Shown: piece after piece, positions 38,984 through 49,339 of the stretch | How the letters are laid out: every line of letters begins with the position of its first letter | Position numbering within the stretch: position 1 is the stretch's first letter | Virus record (IMG/VR): IMGVR_UViG_3300032320_001837 | Span: 1 to 57,777 of that record | Length of the DNA stretch: 57,777 bases | Strand: one strand, 5' to 3' | Origin: a virus | Lineage: Duplodnaviria > Caudoviricetes | Translations under genes and position numbers: made by a program | Notes under the pieces: model-generated | Database searches by the model: none | Seen by the model: the letters and a program-made list of their open reading frames with translations, nothing else | What the model was told of the DNA's origin: nothing

Positions 38984-39660
38984 TATTTCTCCAAGGCATA
39001 TAAAACAGCTCCTAGTATTCCATTCCTCTGTATGTCATTATAGTCTAATTTGCATATACCAACACCTGGAACTTGAGATAATCTATCTATACAGAAGTTT
39101 AATCCACTATCTCTATATAAGTCCGTCTGTTTAATGTCTCCATTAATAAGAACTTTAGAGTCTTTTCCCATTCTTGTAATGAACATTTTTATTTGTTCTA
39201 ATGTGCAATTCTGAGCTTCGTCTAATATCATATATGAATTATGAAATGTAGCACCCCTCATTGTTTCTAATGGCTCAAACCTAATTCTACGTTGATTAAA
39301 ATATAAACCAAACTTATCTCGTCCTAGGAAGTATTTTAAATTCTCTTCCATAGGTTGTAAGTATGGCTTAATCTTATCTCCTAGTTCTCCCGGTAATGAA
39401 CCAATGTCTTTACCAGTACATACTAATGGTCTAGTAATGATTAATGTATCTATCTCATCTCTTAGTAATCTTTGTGATGCTAATCCAGCAGCAATAAAAG
39501 ATTTACCGCTTCCAGACGGACCAGAACAAAAAATAATATCATTTTCTATAGTTAGTCTTATGTATTGTTTTTGATTCTCTGTCTTGGCTTCCAGTTGGTT
39601 TTGTTTAGGTTTTTTTTCTTCTTGACGCTTTTTTCTGTTGTTATGTGCCTGTGCTGCCAA
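38983..39660 (-). CDS. phoH: PhoH-family ATPase
   Basis: GPSGSGKS, TRP, GSLPG, MRGATF, ILDEAQN, TRMG, GDIKQTD. Confidence 0.93.
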   Translation of the reverse strand: MAAQAHNNRKKRQEEKKPKQNQLEAKTENQKQYIRLTIENDIIFCSGPSGSGKSFIAAGLASQRLLRDEIDTLIITRPLVCTGKDIGSLPGELGDKIKPYLQPMEENLKYFLGRDKFGLYFNQRRIRFEPLETMRGATFHNSYMILDEAQNCTLEQIKMFITRMGKDSKVLINGDIKQTDLYRDSGLNFCIDRLSQVPGVGICKLDYNDIQRNGILGAVLYALEK

Positions 39661-40069
39661 AGCCGTTACTCCCGCGTTGCGAGGAACCTAGTGATTCATG
39701 AGCCGTCATAATTACATGAGGAACCTCTTGGAATATAATCTGAGCGATTCTATCCCCGGTACGTATTACTACATCGTAATCTGATGTATTATACAAACAT
39801 ACCATGATCTCTCCCCTATACCCACTATCTATTACTCCTGCTAAAACATCTATACCTTGTCTAACAGATAAGCCAGATCTTGGCCATATTAAACCAGCTA
39901 AATTATCTGGCATTTGTAATGCTATCCCAGTACTAACGGTCTTTCTTTGTTTTGGCGTAATGATAGTGTCAATAGTAGAATATAAGTCAAATCCAGCATC
40001 ATTATTATTTGCCTTTGTTGGCATTTGTGCTAATACGTCTATTAGCTTTACTTGTACTCCGTATATCAT
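39641..40069 (-). CDS. dut: Trimeric dUTPase
   Basis: AGFDL, PRSGL, GVIDSGYRGE, DRIAQ, RGSNGFGSTG. Confidence 0.95.
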   Translation of the reverse strand: MIYGVQVKLIDVLAQMPTKANNNDAGFDLYSTIDTIITPKQRKTVSTGIALQMPDNLAGLIWPRSGLSVRQGIDVLAGVIDSGYRGEIMVCLYNTSDYDVVIRTGDRIAQIIFQEVPHVIMTAHESLGSSQRGSNGFGSTGT

Positions 40070-41145
40070 AGCTCAAATTCTCCAAGGTCAATTTGTTCAA
40101 GATCATTCGTACTTGCACCAATTTTATAAGATGTAATTTCGTGTTCTTGTGGTGCAACTTGTACCGCTTCGCTATTCATCCAAGGGTCAGTCCATCCAGA
40201 TATAGGATTCTTCTTACCCTTTTCATATGGTAATCCTATATTTTTACGTCTACTCATACATAGCCAATCAACATATTCACATAAAACTTTTTCGTTTAAT
40301 CCTATAATAGATCCATCTTTAAACAAGTATGCCGCCCAAGCTTTTTCTTCATTAGCAGCAGAGTCAAACATCTTGCAAGCTTCTTCTTCGCATTCCCATG
40401 CGATTTCTAGGAAGCCCTCTTCTGGAACTGTTCTTAAGATTTTAATTATTTCTTGAGTATTGTACAAATGCAAAGCCTCGTCGCGTTTGATTAACTTTAT
40501 TATATCTGCATTACCTGACATTTTCTTATTTTCAGCGAAAGCAAATGAACAGATGAATGATACATAAAATCTTATTGCCTCTAATATGTTTACACTAATC
40601 AATGTAAGATATATTTGTTTTTTAATATCACTTTCCTTACCAGAGTAACCGATATTTCTAAGGGCATTATATTCTCTGACGGCAACTTCAGATCTCTTTA
40701 AAATCTCTTTATTAATTAAGCAACTATCTAGAACTTCTGTTGGGTTGCTATATACATTTTTAATGATATATGTATAACTATAGCTGTGAATTTGCTCAAA
40801 GAATTGCCACACGTTCATACACGCTTCTAATTCTGGATTAGATACGTGCTGTAGTAACGTTGGTACTCCGCGACATATAACGCTATCTAAAGCAGTTTGA
40901 TACAATAGATTAGAAGTAAAAATAAATTTCTCATTTTCACTCATTACGTCTTCATTTTTGAAGTCGTTTCTATCTTTTTTAAGCTCAATTTCTTCTGGCC
41001 TCCAAAAGAATTCAAGTTGCTTCTTGTATAGATCGAAGAAAACTGGATACTTAAATCTGTCGTATCTTTGTAATGAAAGGTCTTCGCCCATGAAGAGTGG
41101 TTGTAATGTATAATCTACATTGTTTTTATTTAATATAGTCTTCAT
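40066..41145 (-). CDS. nrdB: Ribonucleotide reductase class Ia beta subunit
   Basis: FWRPEE, DSV, EQIHSYSY, EAIRFY, DEALH, APQE; ATG 41145 overlaps the nrdA stop. Confidence 0.95.
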   Translation of the reverse strand: MKTILNKNNVDYTLQPLFMGEDLSLQRYDRFKYPVFFDLYKKQLEFFWRPEEIELKKDRNDFKNEDVMSENEKFIFTSNLLYQTALDSVICRGVPTLLQHVSNPELEACMNVWQFFEQIHSYSYTYIIKNVYSNPTEVLDSCLINKEILKRSEVAVREYNALRNIGYSGKESDIKKQIYLTLISVNILEAIRFYVSFICSFAFAENKKMSGNADIIKLIKRDEALHLYNTQEIIKILRTVPEEGFLEIAWECEEEACKMFDSAANEEKAWAAYLFKDGSIIGLNEKVLCEYVDWLCMSRRKNIGLPYEKGKKNPISGWTDPWMNSEAVQVAPQEHEITSYKIGASTNDLEQIDLGEFEL

Positions 41146-43382
41146 ATAGCGCATGAACCTCCTTCGCAAGTTTCTTTCTTGTGCATATCTTTTTCTGTAT
41201 CACCATCAGAGTCTGGAGTATTACAGTAATAAAAATTTTTGACTCCATATTTAAAACCGTACAACTGATCTTTAATTAATACACTCAATGGGATATTTCC
41301 TTCTGGATAATGTGCGTAATTATAATACAAATTAACGCTAATACTCATATCTACAAACTTCTGTAAAATTGCACAAATATTAAGTATTGCTTTATTATCT
41401 TTCATGTCCCAAGCTAAAGTGTAATAGCTTTTTCGACTAGAATAATTTGGCACTAGTTGTTTTAATATCCCATTCTTTGCCTTCTTGTATGACATCAAAC
41501 TTCTTACTGGCTCAATGCCATTGGTGCTATTCTGAATCACGCTGGATGACTCACAGGGCATGATCGCTGTTAAAGTGGAATGGCGTAGGCCAAACTTTTT
41601 AATTCTCTCTCTAAGTCCTTCCCAATCCATAGTATACTCTGGAGACACTAGTTCGTCAACTGTTTTTTTGTACCAATCTATTGGTAACAATCCACGAGAA
41701 TACTTTGTCTCTGAAAACTTGCTGCATGGTCCTAATTTTTCAGCAAGCTTGCAAGACTCATTAAGCAGATTCCATTGAATTTTTTCCATAGTTTTATGTG
41801 TCAATTTTAATGTTTCTGAATCATCGTACTTAAGCTTATTTTTAGCTAGAAAAGCAGCAAAGTTAGTTATTCCAATACCTAAAGATCTACGGTTCTTAGT
41901 AAAATTTTCTCCAGCTAAAATTGGATAATCTTGATAATCAATGATGGATTCTAACATTTTTACAGCCATGCAGCAAGCATTTTCTATACTTTCATCACTA
42001 TTTAATTCTAACAGATTAAGTGCTGATAAAATGCAGATTCCGATCTCACCCTCTTTATCATCAATAGATGAAATAGGTTTTGTTGGATGAATAATTTCTT
42101 GACATAGATTACTCATATATACAGGGGCGTCCCAAGACCCATGCTCATTAGCATTATCTATATTCATCACGTAGATACGCCCAGTTTCTAGTCTTTCTTT
42201 AGTAAATATTTCTGCTAATTTTCTAGCATTAATCTTTTTCTTCATTTTGATTTGGCGACTATTCTCATACTTTTCATATAGCTTTTTAAAGTCTTCATTA
42301 TTATTCATTGAGCTATAAAGACCGCCTGTTTCTTCTGGACTAAAAAGCGTAATGTCTTCATTTTTGATGAATCGTTCATAGAACAATTTATTAAACTGAA
42401 TTGAGTAATCTAGCTTACGCACTCTATTATCGTCAGTTCCAGCATTGTTTTTTAGAACGATAATGTCCTCAATTTCATAATGCCAAAATGGCACATGTAC
42501 TGTAGCTGAACCGCCACGTATTCCATTCTGGCTTGTTGCCTTTACGGTAGACTCAAAGATTTTCAGATAAGGAATTAATCCAGTGTGTATTACTTCTCCA
42601 CCACGAATTTCTGAGTTGATTGGTCTAACTCTTCCAATATTTAGACCTATGCCAGCCCTACGTGCCGTGTACTTTCCAACTGCGTGTACGCTAGAAAAAA
42701 TAGAAGCAAGATTGTCTTCTACATCTACTAAAACACAGCTAGCAAACTGCTTAATCTTTGTTCTTACGCCAGCCATGATCGGTGTGGGTAAGTTAATCTT
42801 GAATGTAGAAAAACACTCATATGCCTCTTTAACTTCGTCTACAGAATCAAAAAGAGCCATTGCTATACACACGTAAGCAAACTGTGGGGTTTCATACATC
42901 TTTCCAGTAATTCTATTCTTGACAAGATATTTGTCAATTAACTGCTGCAACCCAGCATATGTAAAAAGATAATCTCTATTGTGATCAATGCACTGTTCAA
43001 TTGAGACTATATCTTCCTTTGTCCATTTACTTAATAAGTTATCGTCGTATACTGCATACTCAATATTCTTTTTAATATGATCACATAGTGGGGGCGGGCA
43101 ATCATACTTATCCCACAAATCTTTTCTTAAAGACATATTCAATAGTCTTGATGCCACATATTGATAATTTGGATTTTGCGGGGATGTTAAATCATTTGCT
43201 GACTTAATAAGAATCTGATGTATCTCTTTAGTAGTAATGCCATCTCTGATAGATAGATTAGCATTCATCTCTATTTCTGACAAAGATACGTTATTTAAGC
43301 CGCGAATCGCCCAATCTACAACCTTGTGAATCTTTTCCACATTATATATTTCAATATTTCCATTACGCTTAGTTACATTCAT
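41142..43382 (-). CDS. nrdA: Ribonucleotide reductase class Ia alpha subunit with ATP cone
   Basis: VTKRNG ATP cone, PTP, FASCVL, SNLCQEI, NGIEP, YY pair, C-terminal CEGGSC. Confidence 0.96.
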   Translation of the reverse strand: MNVTKRNGNIEIYNVEKIHKVVDWAIRGLNNVSLSEIEMNANLSIRDGITTKEIHQILIKSANDLTSPQNPNYQYVASRLLNMSLRKDLWDKYDCPPPLCDHIKKNIEYAVYDDNLLSKWTKEDIVSIEQCIDHNRDYLFTYAGLQQLIDKYLVKNRITGKMYETPQFAYVCIAMALFDSVDEVKEAYECFSTFKINLPTPIMAGVRTKIKQFASCVLVDVEDNLASIFSSVHAVGKYTARRAGIGLNIGRVRPINSEIRGGEVIHTGLIPYLKIFESTVKATSQNGIRGGSATVHVPFWHYEIEDIIVLKNNAGTDDNRVRKLDYSIQFNKLFYERFIKNEDITLFSPEETGGLYSSMNNNEDFKKLYEKYENSRQIKMKKKINARKLAEIFTKERLETGRIYVMNIDNANEHGSWDAPVYMSNLCQEIIHPTKPISSIDDKEGEIGICILSALNLLELNSDESIENACCMAVKMLESIIDYQDYPILAGENFTKNRRSLGIGITNFAAFLAKNKLKYDDSETLKLTHKTMEKIQWNLLNESCKLAEKLGPCSKFSETKYSRGLLPIDWYKKTVDELVSPEYTMDWEGLRERIKKFGLRHSTLTAIMPCESSSVIQNSTNGIEPVRSLMSYKKAKNGILKQLVPNYSSRKSYYTLAWDMKDNKAILNICAILQKFVDMSISVNLYYNYAHYPEGNIPLSVLIKDQLYGFKYGVKNFYYCNTPDSDGDTEKDMHKKETCEGGSCAI

Positions 43383-43401
43383 TATTTATCCTATGTTTTA
43401 T

Positions 43402-44022
43402 TCAACTATATAATCTACTTAAAATTTTCGCAACAACCCACTTAATAATCATCGGAAGTGCTATGTAAATAAATAGCCAAGTTAGTATGACTGAGCCATA
43501 CTCTTTTTCAAGTTCTTTATGTACGTTTTCTTCTACGAATGAATAGCACTCTCTTTTTAGCTTTCTTCGCGTCTTGATATCAGCATTACTAAAATCTACA
43601 CCAGACGATTGACATATTGTAGCCCACTCATTAGCAAATTGCAAGCACATCTTTGCGACTTCACGATCTTGCTTGTTTCCATACTTATTATCAATTTCTA
43701 AATACATTGGATCAAGACTTACACATTGATCACATTCACTGAAAACCTTGTCGTATGAAAATCTAATAATTGGAAAATATTTAAACTTTATGTAACCGCC
43801 AGTAGTTTCTAAACATATTTGTTCAACATTAACAGATAGTGTTATAATCTTTTTTATAGATGCTTTAGGAGTATTGCCATTGAAGGTAATAAGAATATTA
43901 TTGTCTTTGGTTTCTATTTTAGTATCTAGTGGCGTATTGCACTTAATATTAAATCCATTCAATATGAATCCATTTGGTGAAAATATACTATTTAAAGCAG
44001 ACTTTAATTCTTCTGGCTTCAT
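43402..44022 (-). CDS. Hypothetical protein with C-terminal transmembrane helix
   Basis: YGSVILTWLFIYIALPMIIKWVV. Confidence 0.6.
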   Translation of the reverse strand: MKPEELKSALNSIFSPNGFILNGFNIKCNTPLDTKIETKDNNILITFNGNTPKASIKKIITLSVNVEQICLETTGGYIKFKYFPIIRFSYDKVFSECDQCVSLDPMYLEIDNKYGNKQDREVAKMCLQFANEWATICQSSGVDFSNADIKTRRKLKRECYSFVEENVHKELEKEYGSVILTWLFIYIALPMIIKWVVAKILSRLYS

Positions 44023-44023
44023 A

Positions 44024-44494
44024 TCATTTCCTTTGTATTAGAACCCAAGCAACGCCATCAAAATATGCGCTGACTGTATTTTTTTCTTCTTCTGTTAATA
44101 TGTGATTCTCGTCAGTCAATAGTTCTTTTAATAAGTCGGTAATGTTTGTAGACAACCCGCTATATTTATTGACTAAAGAATCTTGAAAAAATATTTTACC
44201 AGCTAATGTATATACGTCGTTTACTTGTTGATTATTTGTTTTCCAGGTTTTTATCCTGTTCGCAAAATCATTATTAAATATAGCTATCTTTGCTCTATCA
44301 GTTGGGTCTGTAATTAAGTTAGAGAAAACTTGTACTCTAGCTATAATACTATCAGTTGGCCTATCTATATTTAGTATTGCTACAGGCTTTGGCTCTGGTG
44401 ATGGTTTTGGTATGATGTTCTTTAAAACGTCTGACAATCCACCCCCAAAAAGAGCATACAAAATAAGCACTAATGCAATGAGATTCTTATACAT
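44024..44494 (-). CDS. Membrane-anchored or secreted protein with Pro-rich linker
   Basis: LIALVLILYALFGG then PKPSPEPKP. Confidence 0.6.
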   Translation of the reverse strand: MYKNLIALVLILYALFGGGLSDVLKNIIPKPSPEPKPVAILNIDRPTDSIIARVQVFSNLITDPTDRAKIAIFNNDFANRIKTWKTNNQQVNDVYTLAGKIFFQDSLVNKYSGLSTNITDLLKELLTDENHILTEEEKNTVSAYFDGVAWVLIQRK

Positions 44495-44738
44495 TTTCTT
44501 CCTCTTTATTCAACAGTGGAAAAGTCTCATCTAGCTTTATTACCGCATCTTTTAAATTTGCTTGTTCGCACTTATCTCTTAGGATATGCCATAAATTAAC
44601 AATTTCAATAAAAGTGTCTGTTTTACCCTTTAGTTTTTGTGATAAAAATTGGTATGCAGACATTAAGTTTACGCTTGATAGCATCAATAATATGGCAGCT
44701 AAAACAGCAACAGTTCTTAAAATATTATCAATATTCAT
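44487..44738 (-). CDS. Small membrane protein
   Basis: N-terminal hydrophobic helix TVAVLAAILLMLSSV. Confidence 0.6.
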   Translation of the reverse strand: MNIDNILRTVAVLAAILLMLSSVNLMSAYQFLSQKLKGKTDTFIEIVNLWHILRDKCEQANLKDAVIKLDETFPLLNKEEENV

Positions 44739-45124
44739 TTGTTCTCCAGTATTATAAGTGGCTTAAATTTTAAATCTTTTTCCTTGAGTATTTGTTTGTT
44801 TACTCCATGATATTGACATGGGGTTTTATGACCGTCTCCATGTACTATTATACCCGTACCCTTACAAATACATTTTGCTGGATCTGGATCTTCCATAGGT
44901 ATTACAACTACTGGAGGTTTAGGTACAATAAATATTTTAGCTTCTGCCTCATCGAAAGCCTTTTTGGATTGTAGCTTCCAATCTTCTACATAGTTTTTGT
45001 ACATATCAGTAATATCTTTTGTTTCAAGATTATAGCAAGTGCGATCTTGCAAAGTCATATTAAAACATGAAAATATTAAACTGATACCTATTAGAGAAAA
45101 TAGCAATATATCTTTTTTTTTCAT
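44735..45124 (-). CDS. Exported or possible lipoprotein with Cys/His metal motif
   Basis: MKKK plus hydrophobic core ending IFSC; CICKGTG...HGDGH..PC..H. Confidence 0.55.
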   Translation of the reverse strand: MKKKDILLFSLIGISLIFSCFNMTLQDRTCYNLETKDITDMYKNYVEDWKLQSKKAFDEAEAKIFIVPKPPVVVIPMEDPDPAKCICKGTGIIVHGDGHKTPCQYHGVNKQILKEKDLKFKPLIILENK

Positions 45125-46953
45125 TATTCGTCCTCGTTTGATTTTGCAATAAATAAATATTGTAGTTCTTGTATTCCAGAATCGCTTGTCAGACCGCTAA
45201 GAGCAACGCCGTTTGGTAGAGTTGTATATATTGGGCTGAATATTAAGCCACCATCAACTCTATTAGTACCTAGAACACCGCTTCTCAACGGTAAGCCACT
45301 ACCTTGTTGTAATACAGAATATTCCACATAATCATTTGCGTTTATAGAAAATCCATATGTAGTATTTTGAATAGCAATTACTTCTTCTTTAATCCCACTT
45401 TCGGATGATGAGAATGATGTGTTTCTAAATACACCGCTTTGTTCTAAGCGGTCAAAAATAATAGAATCAAGCAAACTCGTAACTCCAGCAAATGTTTCTG
45501 ATGCTTGAGCTAAAGTTCCACTTCCAGCAGTATTTGTTATTGTCGTATTAAAATTTGTTTTTCTACAAGCAATCGGGCCTAAAAATCCAGAAGGGGATAA
45601 TCCATCTTCACAATCTATAATGTATATGTCATCTATGAGTGTTGAGTATGTCTGGCTATGTGGGTGTATACTAGGATAAAATTTCATTTGACCAAAAGCA
45701 ATATTTGATAAAGTTCTACTTCTTGGTTGATAATTAGTTACCGATGCTGTAACTGAGTAATTCCAAATGCTATTGGTATATCCTCCAATTTTTGTGCCTT
45801 TTCTTATTGGTAATTTAAGTCTTAAGTAACCTATATCATTTTCACCGTCACTATAAAAACCGCCGCCACGATTGTCACTGCTGTATAAAATATCGTTAAT
45901 ATAACCAAAAGATTTACTAAAATCACCTACATTTCCAGTGAAATCTATCATTCCATCTTGTAATACAGTAAAACTATTACCACCACCAGATACAGTTGCG
46001 GGATTTGAAATAGTGCCACTCTGGGCAACGCCAGAAACAAGCGGTAAACCAGACATGAATGGCCCAAAAGATCCGTCTATCTTTCTGCTGGTTTCATTTC
46101 TATTGATTCTGATCTTAAATTGTTCTCTATTATTTCTTAAATCAAATTCAATTTCTATATAGTTCCAATAATTAAAATACAATCTGTTATTTGTGTTTGG
46201 TGTTATTGTTAAAATTGGTGCTATTAAATCGTTATAATTTCCTTGGTTAGCATGACCATTAAAAAAACTTGTGTTTAAAGAATTGGATACGAGTGATGGT
46301 GTTACACTTCCTGCTAAATTTTTAGGATTTCCATTTTGATCAAACAAATTGCTGCCATCGCCTTGAAAAGCTGCTGTATTAGTTTGTATGTTAAATAAAG
46401 TTATTCCGTATGGAGTAATGATATTATACATATCTGTTCTATTAGTAGCAAACAGAGTGCTAGAGTTATAATGGGATAATATTACTTGTCCACTAGTATT
46501 GAGCGATAATACTAATCCTGGTAAATAATTACTATCTGTTAACAAAGCTATAGGCGCAAATTCTAATTCATTACCTAAAGCACCATATGTTCCACTGCTT
46601 GGTAAAGCAGGAAATATAGAAAATCCTATTATTCCATGTTCAATATTTTTTTTGAACGGAACATTAGCTAAAGGCGTGAAGTACTTATTAAGATTGTAAC
46701 GAGAAGGGTCACTTTCATTACTATTAATTGAAGCGTATAGTGATGATGATGCTGTATCTACTTTGAGAAATTTTAAATTGGGTAAATTATTTTTATTACT
46801 AACATTTTGGCCATACAATAAAGTAGAACTCGTCACAGATATAGGAAGATTTGATGTGCCTGGAAATAAATTTCCAGTAGGCATATTAAGTAATCTACCA
46901 ACATCTTTATAAGATGAATATCCCTCAAAACCTTCAAAATTTGTTAAACCCAT
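45124..46953 (-). CDS. Beta-rich protein (609 aa), possible lectin/LamG-like virion protein
   Basis: FEGFEGY start, WNYIEI and IDDIYI segments; AGGAG RBS. Confidence 0.5.
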   Translation of the reverse strand: MGLTNFEGFEGYSSYKDVGRLLNMPTGNLFPGTSNLPISVTSSTLLYGQNVSNKNNLPNLKFLKVDTASSSLYASINSNESDPSRYNLNKYFTPLANVPFKKNIEHGIIGFSIFPALPSSGTYGALGNELEFAPIALLTDSNYLPGLVLSLNTSGQVILSHYNSSTLFATNRTDMYNIITPYGITLFNIQTNTAAFQGDGSNLFDQNGNPKNLAGSVTPSLVSNSLNTSFFNGHANQGNYNDLIAPILTITPNTNNRLYFNYWNYIEIEFDLRNNREQFKIRINRNETSRKIDGSFGPFMSGLPLVSGVAQSGTISNPATVSGGGNSFTVLQDGMIDFTGNVGDFSKSFGYINDILYSSDNRGGGFYSDGENDIGYLRLKLPIRKGTKIGGYTNSIWNYSVTASVTNYQPRSRTLSNIAFGQMKFYPSIHPHSQTYSTLIDDIYIIDCEDGLSPSGFLGPIACRKTNFNTTITNTAGSGTLAQASETFAGVTSLLDSIIFDRLEQSGVFRNTSFSSSESGIKEEVIAIQNTTYGFSINANDYVEYSVLQQGSGLPLRSGVLGTNRVDGGLIFSPIYTTLPNGVALSGLTSDSGIQELQYLFIAKSNEDE

Positions 46954-46965
46954 TTTATCTCCTAA

Positions 46966-47169
46966 TTATGCGCCAACAATTGTTGTAACGTCATCAAACC
47001 TATTAGTTAATTTGTTTTCCAAGTTATTATATGTAATACTCGTCTCAAAAACTGAGTCAATTTTTTTATATGAACCTGTTGGTAGGCATGAAACAATAAT
47101 AGTAGCATTACTACTAACTTCATTACCAGCTACTACGTTTGTGCATACATCTGTGGTTGTAATTGCCAT
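46966..47169 (-). CDS. Small hypothetical protein
   Basis: AAAGG RBS; fills the gap in the operon. Confidence 0.55.
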   Translation of the reverse strand: MAITTTDVCTNVVAGNEVSSNATIIVSCLPTGSYKKIDSVFETSITYNNLENKLTNRFDDVTTIVGA

Positions 47170-47181
47170 ATTGTGCCTTTC

Positions 47182-49119
47182 TTAAAAGACTGTATTTATA
47201 GTCCAGTTTACTTTGCGTGGTGGAAAACCATCAACATCGCTAAATACCCAAGAGCCATTACCGGAAAGCATTTCTGCTGCATCTTTTTCTCTAATCCAAA
47301 AACTGCCATCTGGTTGATCATGTCTTTTAGGGCCATTATTCCAAATTCCCCACGAATTTTGTACCAAGAATAAAGTTTCTTTGTAAATCTCATGAGTATC
47401 GTCCATGCCCACCCAAGCCATCGCGTGCGCCCAAGACCCAGAGCGTGAAGCAATACCATGCTTATCTCTGCGACTAGAAAAGCCAGACATAGAACATACA
47501 CTAATACCATAACCATTAGCAATAGCGTCTCTTGCTTGCTCTATTGTGCTAATGAGTGAGATTGTTTTTACTGGATTCTTTTTTGCTTCATTAATTAATT
47601 CTTGTGGAATTCCAGTTCTACCCCATTTGCCCCCAATACCAGAGTATGTAGATAAGTCTATATCTCCATACGCTTTACGTATTAATAATCCGCCCACTTT
47701 ATTAACAAATCGTGCGGCTACAGAGCATGACATTCCTTCTCCACCATGACCTCTAGAGCCATAAATGGCTTCCACGGCACCCCTAGCGATAAATTCTTCT
47801 CTATCCCCATTAACTATTTCGCAAGAGCGCGTTACATCTACAGCGTTTCGTGTTGAATGGCTAACACAATTATGTGCCACACACCCATTAGCAAGAAATG
47901 CGTGTTCTTTGCAGGCCACTCCAATGTCATATACAGTATGTGGTCCCTCTTTAATCTCAATTTTGCGTACTCTAATAAATAGCTGATTATCTTGTTTAAT
48001 AGAATAATTTTTCTTTTTATGAAGAATATTTGTTACTCTATAAGACTGCTTACCATTTGCATAAGCTCCCTTTTTTGATCTATGAAACTTATTAATAGTT
48101 GGTAAAAATCCGTTAGCAAGATATGAATAATAAACACCATACGCTAATGATTTTGAAGACGAGTTAAACATATATCCTTCAGCATTACTCGTAGTAAACC
48201 CGTCAGAATCAATAAGTCCAGATATTACGTCTAAATTGCCAATAGCCCAGTTGGGGAATACTTTATTTTTAGAATTGTCGTAGCAAACTGATCTTAAAAA
48301 GGTTGATAATTCTCTGGAAGAACATCGTAATCGAAAAGCCGTTGTTGTTTTGGTTTTCCCGCTATAATATTCTTTTCGTGGATTAAGACCAACAATCTTT
48401 AAGAATGAGAAACATCGTTCATATAGCTTCTCTTGATGCTCTGCAAATGTTATTTCTAAATTAGTTGCATTGCACCATCCATCCCCCAAGAAATATCCTA
48501 AAAACCAACCAAAATCATGTGCGGCAGTGAACTTGTTATCTGGCACACTCTCACAAATTTCTAGCGAGGTAGGAGTGATAACATAGTCACCAACACGAAC
48601 ATCTTGTGCTGCCACCCAGTGTTTTACCAGCGTTTTAGTCGCCACATTACCACTATCGCCTGTTTCTTTTCTTCCTATTAAAACCTTATGATCTGAAGTT
48701 ACGGATAACGGTACGCTTCCCAATGTATGTATAGTAACTAGTTGGTTGTGTGATAACTTAACTTGCTTACTAATAACTGTAGTAATTTTACCATTACTAT
48801 CATATACTTTATCGCCTATTTCCACATCTTTAATAGCTTTACAGTATTTGCTAATAACAATAGAGTCTTCGTGGAAACAATCTCCTTGAACTTGTTTTTC
48901 AGATGGTCCAAAATTAGGATCAAATGTTAACAAGTTTTTGAATGGTAGAGACAATTTACCCTTTCCACTTCCATAAAGATTATATGCAGCGGCACCGAAT
49001 AATGGATGTGGAAGTTCTCCTAAAAGCTTATCTGTATCCTTGGGATCACACCATGAACCCATGAATCCTTCACGATAAGCTTTTAAAAGATCGCTTGGCT
49101 TATTAAAAATATCGCTCAT
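47182..49119 (-). CDS. Papain-like (C1) cysteine peptidase interrupted by an intein
   Basis: After removing the intein: QVQGD-CVSH, HAMAWVG, QNSWG, DGSFWI (Gln, Cys, His, Asn catalytic set); ATG 49119 overlaps the upstream stop. Confidence 0.85.
   Translation of the reverse strand: MSDIFNKPSDLLKAYREGFMGSWCDPKDTDKLLGELPHPLFGAAAYNLYGSGKGKLSLPFKNLLTFDPNFGPSEKQVQGDCFHEDSIVISKYCKAIKDVEIGDKVYDSNGKITTVISKQVKLSHNQLVTIHTLGSVPLSVTSDHKVLIGRKETGDSGNVATKTLVKHWVAAQDVRVGDYVITPTSLEICESVPDNKFTAAHDFGWFLGYFLGDGWCNATNLEITFAEHQEKLYERCFSFLKIVGLNPRKEYYSGKTKTTTAFRLRCSSRELSTFLRSVCYDNSKNKVFPNWAIGNLDVISGLIDSDGFTTSNAEGYMFNSSSKSLAYGVYYSYLANGFLPTINKFHRSKKGAYANGKQSYRVTNILHKKKNYSIKQDNQLFIRVRKIEIKEGPHTVYDIGVACKEHAFLANGCVAHNCVSHSTRNAVDVTRSCEIVNGDREEFIARGAVEAIYGSRGHGGEGMSCSVAARFVNKVGGLLIRKAYGDIDLSTYSGIGGKWGRTGIPQELINEAKKNPVKTISLISTIEQARDAIANGYGISVCSMSGFSSRRDKHGIASRSGSWAHAMAWVGMDDTHEIYKETLFLVQNSWGIWNNGPKRHDQPDGSFWIREKDAAEMLSGNGSWVFSDVDGFPPRKVNWTINTVF
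47869..48879 (-). mobile_element. Contiguous intein (337 aa) with LAGLIDADG endonuclease
   Basis: Block A CFHEDS, B VTSDHKVL, C LGYFLGDG, E SGLIDSDG, F VYDIGV, G AHN followed by Cys+1. Confidence 0.92.
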
Positions 49120-49328
49120 TTTGGGCCTTTTATCCACTTAACAACAGTATCTAGAAGTAAAGTAACAACTGGTACTAACAAGACTCCAGTTGAACCCCAA
49201 TCTAAAGTGTTGATATGTTCCATTAAGTACGTTAATACTGAACCAGCCCCAACTAGTAAGGCGTCTTTGCCTAAATTAACTAAATCATTTGCATTTAAAG
49301 AAAACCTGTGTGATTGTTCCTGTTTCAT
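49116..49328 (-). CDS. Holin-like small membrane protein
   Basis: 70 aa, two hydrophobic segments, basic C-terminus; GAGG RBS; coupled to the peptidase. Confidence 0.55.
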   Translation of the reverse strand: MKQEQSHRFSLNANDLVNLGKDALLVGAGSVLTYLMEHINTLDWGSTGVLLVPVVTLLLDTVVKWIKGPK

Positions 49329-49339
49329 ATTGTTACCTC

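Noticed and set aside
41142-43382. Intein or intron in nrdA, a common insertion target
   Set aside because: Length and motif spacing are those of an uninterrupted class Ia alpha subunit
47208-47522. Nested hydrophobic ORF in the peptidase gene as an embedded spanin or holin
   Set aside because: No clear RBS or lipobox; hydrophobic alternative frames arise easily in AT-rich DNA
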